From the NCBI GenBank assembly GCA_002189035.1, contig CM007989.1:434001-498000 (forward strand): a stretch of 64,000 nt of DNA. Direction: 5' to 3'. How positions within the stretch are numbered: the stretch's first letter is position 1; the number at the start of each line of letters is the position of its first letter. This DNA is from Utricularia gibba (Eukaryota; Plantae; Magnoliophyta). The position numbers and the translations under genes are program-made. The notes under the pieces were generated by a model. That model made no database searches. It had not been told where the DNA came from and saw only the letters and a program-made list of their open reading frames with translations. Below, one piece after another: positions 25,465 through 38,608 of the stretch.

Positions 25465-25994
25465 AATCCACTACAAGGAAACCAGATCGGGAAACCTAGC
25501 GCCTCTTAAACACACTGAACATGAGAAAATCGATTAGAATTCAGACAACCCCATATTTCAACAAAAAATAAATCAAGAAAAATTGAATCGCAAACCTAAT
25601 CGAAATCGGAGAAAAAGGTAGAAAATATAGGGAGATTTCCAGTTCGAGATTTCAAGATCCCAAGGAAGAACGATTCGACGAGAGCCCGTTAAAGGTTTAT
25701 TTCCCCAGGTTTCAGACGATTCCTTGCGAAGATGGATTTGTTGGTATATATAGACGGGGAATCGGGAAATCAACGGCTTGGATCATCTCATTGCCTTCAA
25801 CGGCTAAGATTAAGGCACGTGTCACCAATCGCGGAAAAAAAGAGACGAAATTATTTTGGTGCAAGAAAGACTAGACGACCGTGATGACAACAGTTGACAG
25901 CAAAGAACACAGCACAAAGGGAAACGCAATAACAACGAAAAATAAGCAGTTATGGCTGCAGCTTCACCAGCACCTGCATCCCCATGCTTCAATC

Positions 25995-27146
25995 TCAGTA
26001 CTTATTCTTGTACCAGTACACGCCCTTGTCCTCAGGAACCTCATCTTTCTCCACATACAAGCATTCTTTAGCCTCCCTCCAGAGGGCCTGGATCACAGGG
26101 GTGGAATCGAACTTGTAGTAATCTCCCAGCAATGGCTTGATTGCCTTGGTTGCTTCCATGGCGTGGTAATGGGGCATGGTGGAGAAGAGATGATGAGTCA
26201 CATGTGTGTCTGTGATGTTGTGGAACACTTTGTTCAGCACCCCATAGTCCCGATCCATGGTTGCAAGAGCTCCTCTCAGCCAGTCCCACTCAGAGGAATC
26301 ATAGTGTGGCAATGCCGGGTGAGTGTGTTGCAGGTAGGTGATGAGGACGAGGAAGCCATTGACGATGAGCAGCGGGATTCCGTAGATGGAGATGAGCCAG
26401 AACAGCCCTTTGGTCACAGCAACACGATAGAGCACAAACAAGGTTGCCAGAATACCTGCATCAGAGATAAAGATCTGAAGCCGCTCACGGTCATTGTAGA
26501 TCGGACCATAGGGATCGAAGTGGCAGGCGAAGCGATCATACGGCCTTCCTGATACATTAAACGCCAAGTACATTGGCCAGCCAAGGATAAGTTGGATCAG
26601 AATGATGAGAACACGGCCTGGTGGATTGTTCAGGTACTTGGAAAACCAGGGGACCTCTGACTTGGGCTTTGGGACAAACACTTCGTCTCTCTCAAGAGAT
26701 CCTGTGTTGGAGTGATGGCGGCGGTGGCTGTACTTCCAGGAGAAGTATGGGACAAGAAGAGCAGAATGAAGAATCAAGCCAACAGTGTCATCCACCCATT
26801 GGAAGTTACTGAATGCATGGTGGCCACATTCATGGGCTATCACCCACACTCCAGTGCAAACACAGCCTTGAACAACCCAATAAACCAGCCAGGCAGCGTA
26901 GCTCAACGGGGCAGGAAGCAGATGAAAGTAGGCTGTGGCGATGTAGTAGAACGCATAAACTATAGCAAGATCGTGAAGCACATATGAAAAGGAGCGGGTG
27001 AGTGATCTCTCGAAGCAGCGGGGTGGGATAGCCTTCTTGATGTCCCCCAGGGTGAAACTGGGTTTTTCTACAGGTGCTCTTTGGAGTGCATTTTCCTTAA
27101 GTTTATCTTTGGGAGTTGGAACTGGCATGCGTCCTCCGGCTCCCAT
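25995..27146 (-). CDS. FAD2: Microsomal omega-6 fatty acid desaturase, single coding exon
   Basis: MGAGGRM start, His boxes HECGH, HRRHH and HVTHH, ER-retrieval end YWYKNKY. Confidence 0.98.
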   Translation of the reverse strand: MGAGGRMPVPTPKDKLKENALQRAPVEKPSFTLGDIKKAIPPRCFERSLTRSFSYVLHDLAIVYAFYYIATAYFHLLPAPLSYAAWLVYWVVQGCVCTGVWVIAHECGHHAFSNFQWVDDTVGLILHSALLVPYFSWKYSHRRHHSNTGSLERDEVFVPKPKSEVPWFSKYLNNPPGRVLIILIQLILGWPMYLAFNVSGRPYDRFACHFDPYGPIYNDRERLQIFISDAGILATLFVLYRVAVTKGLFWLISIYGIPLLIVNGFLVLITYLQHTHPALPHYDSSEWDWLRGALATMDRDYGVLNKVFHNITDTHVTHHLFSTMPHYHAMEATKAIKPLLGDYYKFDSTPVIQALWREAKECLYVEKDEVPEDKGVYWYKNKY

Positions 27147-27169
27147 CTTCCCCAACTGCTTCAAAGACC

Positions 27170-27885
27170 CTAAAAAAATTAACTATGAATTGCGGTGGGT
27201 TCTTAAACAATAAAACAGAGTTACGATTCACCATCACTGAATTTAGTACCACAAATATGATAGTAGCTTCAAAGAGACAGTAGCTGAAGAACAAGAAAAT
27301 ATTGATAAGAGATGCAAAGAATGAGTGATTAAAGTTCCTCAATCTCCTGAGAAACTCAAAAACAGACACCCAATTAAACCAGATGCCAAATATTGTTTTT
27401 AAGTGTAAAATTGCGTAACTTCACAATTGAGGTAGATGCCTACACAGAACATCATCCGTGAAACATAAAGCAACTTTTTTCCAAATGGAATCCCACACGC
27501 ATTCTGTGGGTTGAAACTTCAGCCATTTGAAAACGTGGACCACAAAAGTTTCAGGACATTGTAGACACAAACATGAAGAATCAATCAAAAAGACGACGAA
27601 ATATTCCAAAATAAACAAAAGAACACACCTTTCTCCACAAAAACCTCCAGGAAACATTAAATGCAGTTAGAGACACAAATCCTCGAAAAAAGACAGAGCA
27701 TTGAGCGACATAAAATCAAAATCCCAGAAAAAACGGGAATTTCCCCTGAAGAAACCCACCATTCCTTATTCAGATCTACAGATTACATGCCAATGTAGCT
27801 CCAAGAAACATCAGTAAAACAAAAAAACACGAAGCATGTTCATAAACTGATCACAGGATAAGGAAAATTCAGCCAGACCCCATAC
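27170..27885 (-). promoter_or_regulatory. Probable FAD2 5'-UTR intron (~716 bp)
   Basis: Acceptor tttttag ends 24 nt upstream of the ATG; candidate donor cgg|gtatgg at 27885. A large 5'-UTR intron is a known FAD2 trait. Confidence 0.55.
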
Positions 27886-28325
27886 CCGGAAGAAGGAAAT
27901 TCGAGAGACTGAAACTCAACCACGAACGCCAATCCTCTTGTGCCCACTATTTGAGGAGCGGCCCACTGTTTTAGTAGACACAGCAACTTGTCATTTTCCG
28001 GGGCTGCACAAAACGGACCCTTCCTTCCATATAACGTCAATTTTATTTCTTCTTTTAATAGAATATCAAATTTTCGAGGAGCTAAAAAAAAAAGAAGACC
28101 GTGACGTGTGGGAATGGCTAAGAATAGTCCACCACGTGTCTCCTTAACATTGGTTGAGACCTCGTCAAAATTGGCTGTGGCGAATGGGGATTGCCCGATA
28201 CAATGCACCAGCCACACGGAACGGTGGAACATTCAAAATATACACGTGGCGTGGGCTTTTCTTTTTGAAAAATAAAAAAAGAAAACCATCGGGAAAATGA
28301 GAGGCGATGGAAACTCCGGCGGAGT

Positions 28326-30794
28326 TCACGAATGCTTTGCGAGGATGGCTGCCTCGGAAAACACCCGTCTGGGAAATGCATCTTCTTCTCTCCCATTGGC
28401 TTTGACTAGTGATGTGTAGAGAGGACGCAGGTACTTCATCCTTCCAACTCCTTTCGGAGTTCTGTCAACTTCAGCATGGTAGCTGCGGTACCCTACCGAA
28501 GAAACGCCACCGTCACGTCGTAATTTCTCGATTCCGAGTGTCTATCCCTCTCATCCGGAGGTGATACCTCTCATTCGACTGTCGAAAGTTGACAGTACAG
28601 AACGAGATCTCGACACAGGTGGAAAAACTGCCACCTTATAATCCGTTCATGGTGAGATAAATCTAGGGTGTCATCGGTATTAGTATCGAGAAGCATGTGT
28701 AGGGATTTGTGCAGATTGGTGTATGCAGAATCAAACAAATGCACCACAATTTTTAGCCAGAAAACCTGTAAAGGGAAAAAATTGGGTTCTGGCCACACCC
28801 CATAACTACGGGAGTCCACTAAAATAGGTGTTGTATACACAATACAAGATATGATCAGCAAGAAGAAACCTCTATCTAGTTGCTCTTCAATGTGCAATTT
28901 AGAAGAGAAAAACCAGAGCTCTCCTCTACTTCACCTACGTAACGGTGATCAAACAAAAAACCAGAACTCTGCTGTCTGATCTCCCTCCCCTTCGTGGTCA
29001 TGAGTCTGTTACATTTTCTCCTCCTCCATTTCCGGTTAGTTGAGAATATGTAGTTTGACTTGAACCTTGTTATCTTGAATCAGCTTGACTTGGGACTCAG
29101 CTAGTTAATTCTGGTTCAATACAAACTCCTTAGCTGAGCCCAACAGCATGAACAGGTCTAAGCAAGTTTTCCACGTAGAGTTCCCATTCCTGTTCTCCCC
29201 ATTCGGCAAGTTCAGTTCATCCTCTCTAGGCATTCTGTCCTCACTGAATTCATTAGACAGAGGTAAAATACATGTATACACATCAGAAGTAGGTTCTAGA
29301 GCATATGGCGGTATGCCAGTTCCCTCAATCCACATTTTCAAATCAATGTGAGCTGGTATACCAGAAGCATTGGCTATATTCTTCTTGAATATGGAGGTGT
29401 CAATAGATTGAAACTTGAATGTGCCTATATTCTTCTTAAGAAGTTCATCACGTGCTGGTATACCAATCTGTGTATCAAGAGGAAACTTATCAAAATCTTG
29501 TGCGAAAAGGTAAAGCACAAAGAAATTCGATGTTTCAAAACAGCGACAAGTTGGCCACCTGTCTCTCGGTTCGCAGTAAGAAATGGTCTCGTATGGCACT
29601 CGAGAGTAGACATTGGATCAACTCCTTGCTGATCAGGTATCAGTTTTGTGAACCCCATGTAATCCCTGAAGCGCTCTGTTTCCTCAATCAGTCTCCTCCA
29701 ACCACTGCCAACTGACAGTGCAGCTTTTTCCTTGCTTTGCAGAGCCTCTACTATTTGCCCCTCAGCATATGTTGTGAAGCCCTGTAATCATGAATGGGTT
29801 TAAAGTTGACTGCTCAGTTTCATTCTCACTAGAGCCTTACAGTAGAATACTAGACGAGAAGTAACAGCGATACCTGTTTCAACCAGAAGTGGTCATTACT
29901 TTTGTTGGTGATCAAATTCCTGGTCTATCTGTGACCAACCTCATGAGCCACTACCTGTGCACCTGTTGCATCTTCTTCTATAACAGTTGGAGTTAAAGCA
30001 CCATCATAGGATCCTCCATTTCTCCTTAAGGAAAACTAGGGGGCAGAACCAAAAAGTCAAATCTTTCCTCGGTACCAGAAAACTCCGCAGCAGCAGCATC
30101 TAACAAGCTAGTAACCGCCTCCGAGTAAACCTCGATCCTCGGACCCGCTTCCTCAGATAGCAACTCTCCAACAGCAAAAGCAAATAAGTAAGGTGGGACT
30201 GGCTGCTCCATCACAAACTCCTCAACAACTCTGCCTTCCCTGCACCCCATTGAATCATCACACATGCACCAAAGCACTCACCAGGAAGAGGGTCTCTCCT
30301 GGAGACATGTTTGGCTGCCATGACATCAGATAAGTTGCTGGGTATGTTCAACTTTGCGGAATACTTGCTGCGGGCTGCAGGGGTATCTTGGCATGGGAAA
30401 CTTGACCTAGCGTGGATGGATTGGCACTGTGTGCACGAAAGGAAACGTCTTGTTGGATTTCTGAGATGGGTAAAGCGATTGAAGGGCAGAAGAGGAAGGT
30501 GTAGTTTTGTAGATGATAAGTAACTCTCAACCCCCAGATAGCGTCGCGACGATGGATTGGCCTACGATCGGGTCTGGATAAGTACCTGGAGCGAAAAATA
30601 TAGGGAAGGAAGAGTCTCCGGATCTAGAACGGCGGAGGCTTGGAGGGTGCCGGAAGCGAGAGACAAGGGACCGGAGTGAGGAGTGCTGTTAGAAAGAATG
30701 GTGGAAGAAGGGAAATCAAAGTAGAAGGAGAAATCGATGCGGTTGTTGAAGGGATGGGTTGAATCAGTGTATGAGCGAGGATCGACGGCGCCAT
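28326..30794 (-). pseudogene. LTA4H: Leukotriene A4 hydrolase homolog (M1 aminopeptidase) pseudogene
   Basis: Fragments DPRSYTDSTHP, CQSIHARSSFPCQDTPAAR, EEFVMEQPVPPYLFAFAVGEL, ERFDFLVLPPSFP*, SRVPYE and GRMKYLRPLY, broken by stops, frameshifts and deletions. Confidence 0.85.
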
Positions 30795-31510
30795 TTCTGA
30801 ACGACAATGAGGATCCGCAGACAGAGGGGGGACGAAGATGACGACGGTAGAGAAGGGGGCTGTTTTTGAATCAAAGCATTCGACATTTTAATTAAATTAA
30901 AACAAGAAAAATTCACTTTGTTGATCCATTTGCAAATTTTTTTAACTGGGTTCCATGAAGGTAAAAACCCCATTTCTGCATTCTTTCGTTCTTTACAGCG
31001 CATGTTGCATAGGCTGCAAGTGGTGTAAGCGAAGCAAAGGCATATCGCCAAGTAACCAAACTCGAGAGTTTTTGTCCGTTTTCTTTAATCCTTTAACGGC
31101 CATCTCCATGATGATTGCCTTTCCTTTGAGAGTTTTGATTATGGGATGCGAACAAGAATCTCACAGTTAATATTCCTTTGTCTTATTATTCTTGGCTGGT
31201 TTCTCAACTGGGTGAGGGTCCTCTTTTCTTACGAGGTTGAATTTCTTCACTCCACTTTCTGCTGCTGCAAAATTTACTGGTATGGGAAGAAGCGATATCT
31301 CAAGAATTGTGTTTCGTGCTGATAGTTGAATTTCTTGTTCCCCTTTCTCTTCACTATTCCAGCAGCAGTACTTATTGCTTCTTTGATCTGCGCATTTATT
31401 GAAAAGGTAAGCATATATGTTTTAACACTTATCGGCATTTGACTGTAATCCTCACCTTACAAAAAAAGTTATTTTTATTTTCGGAGAAAGATGGGAACAT
31501 TCAATTTTGA

Positions 31511-34500
31511 ATGATGCAGATGCTGCTTACGGCAGTTTTATTCAGGATTTTGGCAGGGGCAGTGCTGTATTCTCTTTTTCTAGGGTGTGTTCTGACTGAT
31601 AAGGTTTGCACCAATTCCGGGGTGCATTATTCTCATACTTCACGACATGAATTGTTACACCCGAAAAAATCAGCTTGGGAAAAGCAAAATCTTGTCAACT
31701 TCTACCAAGTGCCTGGTGATGATCATAACTTAACTAAGTCGATTCCGAGGAAAATTTTGACTGAGAGTAGGCCTGAATGGAGTATACTGAATAGCCATGC
31801 TGGATTTAGAAGGGGAACTGGAACTAATTTTCTGCAGGAAGTTTCATTGCATGATGTGAGATTAGATCCAAATTCAATTCATGGTCACGCCCAGCAAACG
31901 AATTTGGAATATTTGATGCTGCTGGATGTCGACAGGCTTGTATGGAGCTTTAGGAAGACAGCAGGTTTGGCTACACCAAGTGAGCCATATGGCGGCTGGG
32001 AAGTTCCCAATGGAGAACTTCGTGGACATTTTGTAGGTTGGTATTGAGCATGTGGCTAGTTGCATCCTCTTTGTTAGTTTTTTTACATGTTGCAGGGTAA
32101 TACACTAGAGGGCTCTATCTTTTTTTCCTGGTTGTAGACTATTTTATATCCAATGGATTGCAACAGCTATCTCACAACACCTTCTTTCCTTTTCTTATTG
32201 AAGGGCATTTCTTGAGTGCTTCAGCACAAATGTGGGCTAGCACGCATAATGCTGATCTTCATGAGAAAATGTCTTCCCTGGTTTCTGCGCTTTCAGAATG
32301 CCAAACTAAAATAGGTACAGGGTACCTTTCTGCATTCCCATCTGAACTGTTCGACCGGTTTGAAGCTTTGGAGGATGTTTGGGCTCCATATTATACTATT
32401 CATAAGGTTAGAGGTTCTTGCAAGATTCATTGATATTCTTAAGACAGCTTGCGAACATGATCAGTTGATCATTCTCAATGTCTGTAGATATTGGCTGGTC
32501 TCTTGGATCAGTACACTTTTTCCGCAAACACGCAAGCCTTCAATATGGCTATCTGGATGGTTGACTACTTTCATAACCGTGTAAAAAGTGTAATTGCCAA
32601 CTACACAATTGAAAGGCACTGGCTATCGCTTAATGAAGAAACTGGAGGAATGAATGATGTTCTCTACAGATTGTATAGTATAACGGTGAGCGTGTTCTTG
32701 GATTCTTTTCACTTTTCTTTCCACTGTAGCTCTGCATAAACTAATGGTATTCCACTTCGGTTAAGAGTTGAAAATGCTTTTTCTAGTTTGCAATAGGGTA
32801 ACTTTTAAGGCGTATTGTTTACTGGCAGGGCGATACTAAGCATTTTTTGTTAGCTCACCTGTTTGACAAGCCCTGCTTTTTGGGACTTCTGGCCCTAAAG
32901 GTAGTCACTCAATTGCCCAACCTCTGTCTCTTCTCTCTCTCTCTCTCTATATATATATATACACACGCATACATATACTTTGGACTCATGGATTAAACTA
33001 TGAGATCAGAAGGCATGATTATCTTTTCTTGTAGGCTGATGACATATCAGGCTTCCATTCTAACACGCATATTCCAATTGTAATTGGATCTCAAATGCGT
33101 TATGAGATAACTGGTGATCCACTCTATAAAGAAATAGGGCATTTTTCATGGACATTGTCAACTCATCACACAGCTATGCAACTGGAGGCACGTCAGTTGA
33201 TGAATTCTGGTGCAAACTCTTAACATTGGGTAGTTCTTTTATCATATGAATGATGAAGTGTTGGCATCATTCATATGTTTTGTGGCACCACACCTCGTGC
33301 TGGTTTATGATGTTTTCTTTGTAAGTTTGGCTGCAGGGTTGATCCCCGCAGACTGGCTACCAAACTCGGAACTGAAAATCAAGAATCTTGTACAACTTAT
33401 AACATGCTGAAGGTGCATGCTCATGTCTATCTTTCAACTTTGTTTGAGGTTGTGGCAGGGTAACTCAGTGAACATCCTGTTATTTACCTTTTGATTGGAT
33501 TTTTTTTGTTGTATTCTTGCATTTTTTGAGTTTTAACTGGTTACAAGCCTGAAGAAAGGAGAATTTCATTATGCGATAACCATGTTAAAACCATTCCTTG
33601 TTTAAGATATCCAGCGCACTCAGTGAAAAAAAAATGGCTTGATTTTTCTACTTTTGTATTCACACCCTGATTTGATGCACTTTTGGTGCTGTACTTTTGG
33701 AATTTTTAGGTGTCCCGCCATCTCTTTAGATGGACCAAAGAAATGGCATATGCTGATTACTATGAGAGAGCACTAACAAATGGCGTTTTGGGCATCCAAA
33801 GGGGGAGAGAGCCGGGAGTCATGATTTATATGCTCCCATTGCGCCCAGGCAGCTCCAAGGCTCGGAGCTACCACGGATGGGGAACTAAGTTTAATTCCTT
33901 CTGGTGCTGCTATGGAACAGGTGCAGTGTCATTTAGTTGTCTTCCTAATATTGCTTATGGTGAAATACAAAGATTTGGGTGAAGTTCCGTCTTTTCTACT
34001 GTTGCTTATGGATCAGCCTTACATTACTCTAGCATTACGGGGGAATGTTCCTGTCTCCAGGGATTGAGTCCTTCTCAAAGCTAGGAGATTCCTTATACTT
34101 CGAAGATGTGGGAGGAAGCTTGGCACTCTATATCATACAGTACGTATCTAGCTCGCTTGATTGGAAGTCTGGCCAGATTGTTGTCACCCAGTCCGTAGAA
34201 CCCATTCTTTCATGGCAACAAAGGCTTAAAGTAACGGTGAAAATATCCAGCAAGAAGGTATGGAGCGCCTTTGAGATGCTGGCATGTAGCCACACGATGA
34301 TTTCCTTTTCCTGTAAATGATCACACTGGTCTTGTTTCTTGCAGCTCGTCCCAACAGCTTATCCATCAACTCTGAACTTGAGGATTCCCTTGTGGACACT
34401 TACAAGCGGTTCAAGGGCGTCTTTAAATGGTTTAAAACTCCCATTGCCACCACCAGGTATGAGCTCTTTCTTCTTCTTCTTCTTCTTCTTCTTCTCTTCT

Positions 34501-35469
34501 TCTTCCTCTTCTTCTTCTTCTTCTATGCACGGTTGTTGTATAAGCTTTCGTTTCTATCACTTGTGGGGCAGGAAATTTCCTGTCTGTAACAAAAATTTGG
34601 AGCCAGGGAGACGAAATCTACCTCGACCTTCCCGTGATTCTAAGGTCTGAATCCATTAAAGGTACCTCATCTTTTGAGTCTCTCCATGTTGAGCACTTCT
34701 ATGCTGTGTACCACCGCCTTTAACATGATAACCGTCTTCTAGATGATCGGCCAGAGTATGCTTCCGTTCAGGCTTTTCTTTTCGGCCCCTACCTTCTCGC
34801 CGGATTGTCTAGTGGCGATTGGGACATCAAAGTGCATCCCTATACCTCTGTTTCCGAGTTCATCAGCCCTGTCCCTGCTGATTACAGCTCCCACTTGATC
34901 ACCCTTGTCCAAGAATCCAACAGCTCCCTGTCTGTTGTAACGAACTCGAATCATTCGATCAAAATGGCTGCCTATCCGGAAGCTGGAACTGATTCCGCTG
35001 TGTCTGCAACTTTTAGGCTGATTGCAGCTAATCCAACTGATGCAGCAGGTCAAGTCGTCATGTTGGAGCCATTCGATCTTCCTGGTTATCTCGTATCACA
35101 CCAGGGCGAAGGCCAGACCCTCCGAGTCTCAGATGCTGCAGCCACTGGCATAGAGTTTTCTGAGTTTCGTCTGGTTTCCGGCCTGGACGGCAAGAACGGA
35201 AGTGTTTCCTTGGAGGCTGAATCCATGAGAGGCTGCTACGTTTGTTCCAGCAACCAGGGGCCAATCGTGGCGCTGAATTGTAGCTCGGGAGCCGCCGTGT
35301 CGATGGATTCCGAGTTCCGGAAAGCTGCGAGCTTTGCCTCCGAAAGTGGCATCAGCAGGTATCACAGTATCAGCTTTGTAGCGCGGGTGCTAAGAGGAAC
35401 TTCCTTTTGGCGCCATTGATGAGCTTCCGAGATGAGTCGTACACTGTGTATTTCAATGTCACGCAGTAG
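31511..35469 (+). CDS. GH127/DUF1680-family beta-L-arabinofuranosidase-like secreted protein, multi-exon, two apparent 1 bp frameshifts (~33138, ~35386)
   Basis: Signal peptide, EVSLHDVRLDP, AQQTNLEYLMLLDVDRLVWSFRKTAG, LNEETGGMNDVLY, ESCTTYNMLK, FWCCYGTG, C-terminus RDESYTVYFNVTQ*. Confidence 0.88.
32933..32966. repeat. Compound (CT)n(AT)n(AC)n microsatellite in an intron
   Basis: Directly visible. Confidence 0.85.
34468..34523. repeat. (CTT)n microsatellite in a GH127 intron
   Basis: About 18 imperfect CTT units directly visible. Confidence 0.9.
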
Positions 35470-35677
35470 AAGGTTTGCTGGGTGCTATGACCGCCATAGC
35501 TGCTCCTGTATTTTCCGATGAAATAAAGCCGGCCGGTGCATTTTTTGTTGTCGTATTATTAAAAAAAATGAACAAGTTAATTGCTAATTTCTCGTTTTTT
35601 TTTTCTTTTTTATGGGGGAAGAAATTCCGAAGTCACTCAAATTGGATCGGTTGATCAGCTGGAGAAGGAAGGTACAG

Positions 35678-37236
35678 ATGGCTGTCCATATTCGGAGCCC
35701 TCCTCCGGCGCCATATCCAGCCTCACGCGCCTCCGGCGGCTGGTCTGGGAATCGATTACACCGCAGCGCCGCTTCATCCAGTGTCCGTTTCCATTTCTGT
35801 TCCCAATTTTCCGGTTGCCGAGCTTCCCCGCTACTCTCATTCACTCCCAACGCCTCGCCATCTCATCTTCCGGAATTGTGTGTCTCGGAAGCGATTTCCG
35901 ATTACGAGATTTTCGCTGCAGCGTCTCTTCGGGTCCGTACGTTTTATAATTTCTGTGACCAGATGTTTCGCGTTCAAGTGAGTCTCTTTAGGCTTTACCC
36001 CTTTGATTTGTTGATGTAATGTAAGCCTGATGTTTGCTTCCGATTCATCAAGTTGTATTAGGATCATAAAAGGTATTTATCGGAACGGGAATATGAAGCC
36101 ACGAAGGAGCGTTTAGCAGGGCAGACAAAGGGCTTCACGAGAGTTTCCTGCATCAACGCCACGCTTCCTCTGTCGAGTGTAATAAATGTGTCTGCAGATT
36201 TGTGTGCTTCTTGCAAAGTAAAGCTTCCCTTTTTACTTTCCTTACAAACCTCGAAGGATCACCATATGTTTGTTCATTGACGAAGAATTTGGGTGTTATA
36301 TGTAGTTTTCAGTGAAGGGAGAAGACCGAGTCGTTGTTGGTACACTAGATTTGAATCAATGCCTTAGCCTTCCAAATGAAATAGCTGGATTGAAACCCAA
36401 GGTAGTTGAGCTACTTGATCCTAGTGTTAGATTGATGAAAATGCAAAATGAGCTGCTTATAATCTCGACCCAAGTGCTTCTTAGGATACATGCATGCTAA
36501 TAACTATTTATTTTGATGGAAGAAGGAACGTATCCACATGTACATGATGACTTAAATATCCACGATCTCGTGATGATGCTGCATTTTATCAGGGTATTGA
36601 AGCTGAGTTACACAGAGTGTATACGAGCTTCTTGATCCTAGTGTATATCAGGCAATGCAAAATAAGCTTCTTATAATCTCGACCTTCTGCGATTCGTGGA
36701 ATAAACATGCAAGATTTATGATCTACTATGATGTGGCATTGGAGCTGAGTTACACAAAGTGTATATCAGCTTCTTGAACGTAGTGTCAGATTGATGAAAA
36801 TGCAAAATAAGCTGCTTGTAGTCTTGGCCTTTTATGATCTGCTATCATGTGACAGTGCTTCTGTTCTTTACCAGGGCATTGGAGCTGAGTCTCATAGAGC
36901 GTACATTAGCAATGTATGTGTGGCTAAAGAGTTGCAGCAAAAGGGTTTGGGCTCTCAGCTGTTGGCTACATGTAAGGATATTGCTGAAGATTGGGGTAAG
37001 GACAGGAGGCCTGATATTAAATCCATCATATATGTATGTGACTGAAGGGATGCTCTGTTATGTACCTTTTAGGAATAAGCGACTTGTATGTGCATGTGGC
37101 GGTGGACAATCTGCCTGCCAAGAAACTCTACATGAAAAGTGGCTTCACCTTTGAGAGCGAGGAACCTGCATCACGAGCCAGGTTGCTGGATCGGCGTCGA
37201 AGGCTCCTGTTGTGGACCGGCATCGTGAGACACTGA
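35678..37236 (+). CDS. GNAT7: Plastid GNAT N-acetyltransferase (At4g28030/GNAT7-like), multi-exon
   Basis: EIFAAASLRVRTF, GFTRVSCINATLPLS, DRVVVGTLDLNQC, RAYISNVCVAKEL, LYVHVAVDNLPAKKLYMKSGF. Confidence 0.85.
36408..36906 (+). repeat. Degenerate tandem triplication of intron body plus exon start inside GNAT7
   Basis: (g/c)agct(a/t)cttga(t/a)c(c/g)tagtg...atgcaaaat(g/a)agct occurs 3 times; gg(c/t)attg(g/a)agctgagt occurs at 36593, 36735 and 36875 (the real exon). Confidence 0.85.
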
Positions 37237-37531
37237 TGATGCTGCAAGTGTTTCATTGTTCAGTCTCATTCAAAACTGCAATTCCAAAACCGGGCTGGCG
37301 TGCTAGACCCGGCCCAGCCACCCGGTTCTCATAGCAAAGAATGACAATATTTAATGAATAAACTAAAAAAAAGTAAAAACATAAAAAAAGCATCAACAAG
37401 AATGATTTTGACGCTATTTTCATGAAGCTTAAAAAATATATTAAATACGATATATTAATATGTTTTATTTATTTATTTTTAGTTCAACAAACAGATATTG
37501 GAGAGTCAGCAGGCGATCCACCATCCTAAAA

Positions 37532-38608
37532 ATGGCGACCACCGGTTGTGATGGGCAAGAGCTCGAAACTCCGGCGTCGCCCATAGTCATCACGATAAAG
37601 CCCATTGAAGCCACGGCCGTGAGCTTCCAAGAATTCGGACAAGTAATCGAGCCGTCGATGGACGGTGATGAGTACGGCCCTCGTGACGCGATCCTCGATC
37701 TTTCCCGCGGCACACCTAGGTCCTCCTACACCTAAAAATCTGTTATTTATTTGCAATCTTTCGATTCTTTAGCTGTTCTGTGACATTACTGTGATGGAGT
37801 TATATGATTTTAACTTCTCCCCTGCTTCTTCCAAAGTGTTCAGAGAGGATTCTTGGATGGGTATCAATATTCTGTTGACGTGTAGTTTCAAATGCTAGTT
37901 AAATTCCAAGCTGTTTGGTGTCCGTCCTTGGTCTCCTTCTCATATGTGATATTGGTTTCACGTGTCTGAAGTTATTCCAAAGACTTACTAGGATGGATTT
38001 GTTGAGAATCTTGTCTTTTACCCTGTGATAAGCTGTACTGAATTCCTTTTTGGTCTGCAAATGCTTATTCGTGGAAGTGACATGTTTCGTCAGGTTTTAC
38101 ATCATGCATATTGAGGATAGACCTCTGAAATTCTCAACTATTACACATCACGCCAATGTGACGCAGTGCCTTGGGTCTGTGGGTGGTCATGTTTGGTATC
38201 TTGGGGTCTCATCATCCACAATGGTGGATCCCGTGAGATTGATGGGAAGGAAACAGCAGATTTGGTGCAATCTCCCTGTGGCCATTTTTATATCCCTCCA
38301 AGGATTGAAGATGTTCGTGTTTTTAGAATTTCAGGGCCCAAGTTCTTGAAGTTAAACCATGGCACATGGCATGCTGGACCACTCTTCTCTCAGAAGGGAA
38401 TGGATTTCTACAATCTGGAACTCAGCAATACGAATGTTCGGCTGATCTCTATTTTCTTCCATCTTTTGCTTATTTTAGACCCAAGATCTGAAATTAGGTT
38501 TGCTTGTTCCTGTTGAGTTGACTTCCTAGTTTTAATGTGCAGGTGGTAGATCATACAACACACAACTTCCGTAAAAGAAACAAGGTTGTTTATTCGATTG
38601 AGGAATAG
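37532..38608 (+). CDS. Ureidoglycolate lyase/hydrolase-like cupin protein (At2g35810-30-like), apparent 1 bp frameshift ~38231
   Basis: PIEATAVSFQEFGQVIE, LDLSRGTPRFYIM, ITHHANVTQCLGSVGG, GPKFLKLNHGTWHAGPLF, DFYNLELSNTN. Confidence 0.85.

Noticed and set aside
36581-36586. tgatgatgctgca(t) matches to the 3' part of miR172 (around 36571-36584 and 37234-37246)
   Set aside because: The 5' seed end is mismatched and there is no complementary star arm in the right orientation for a MIR172 hairpin.
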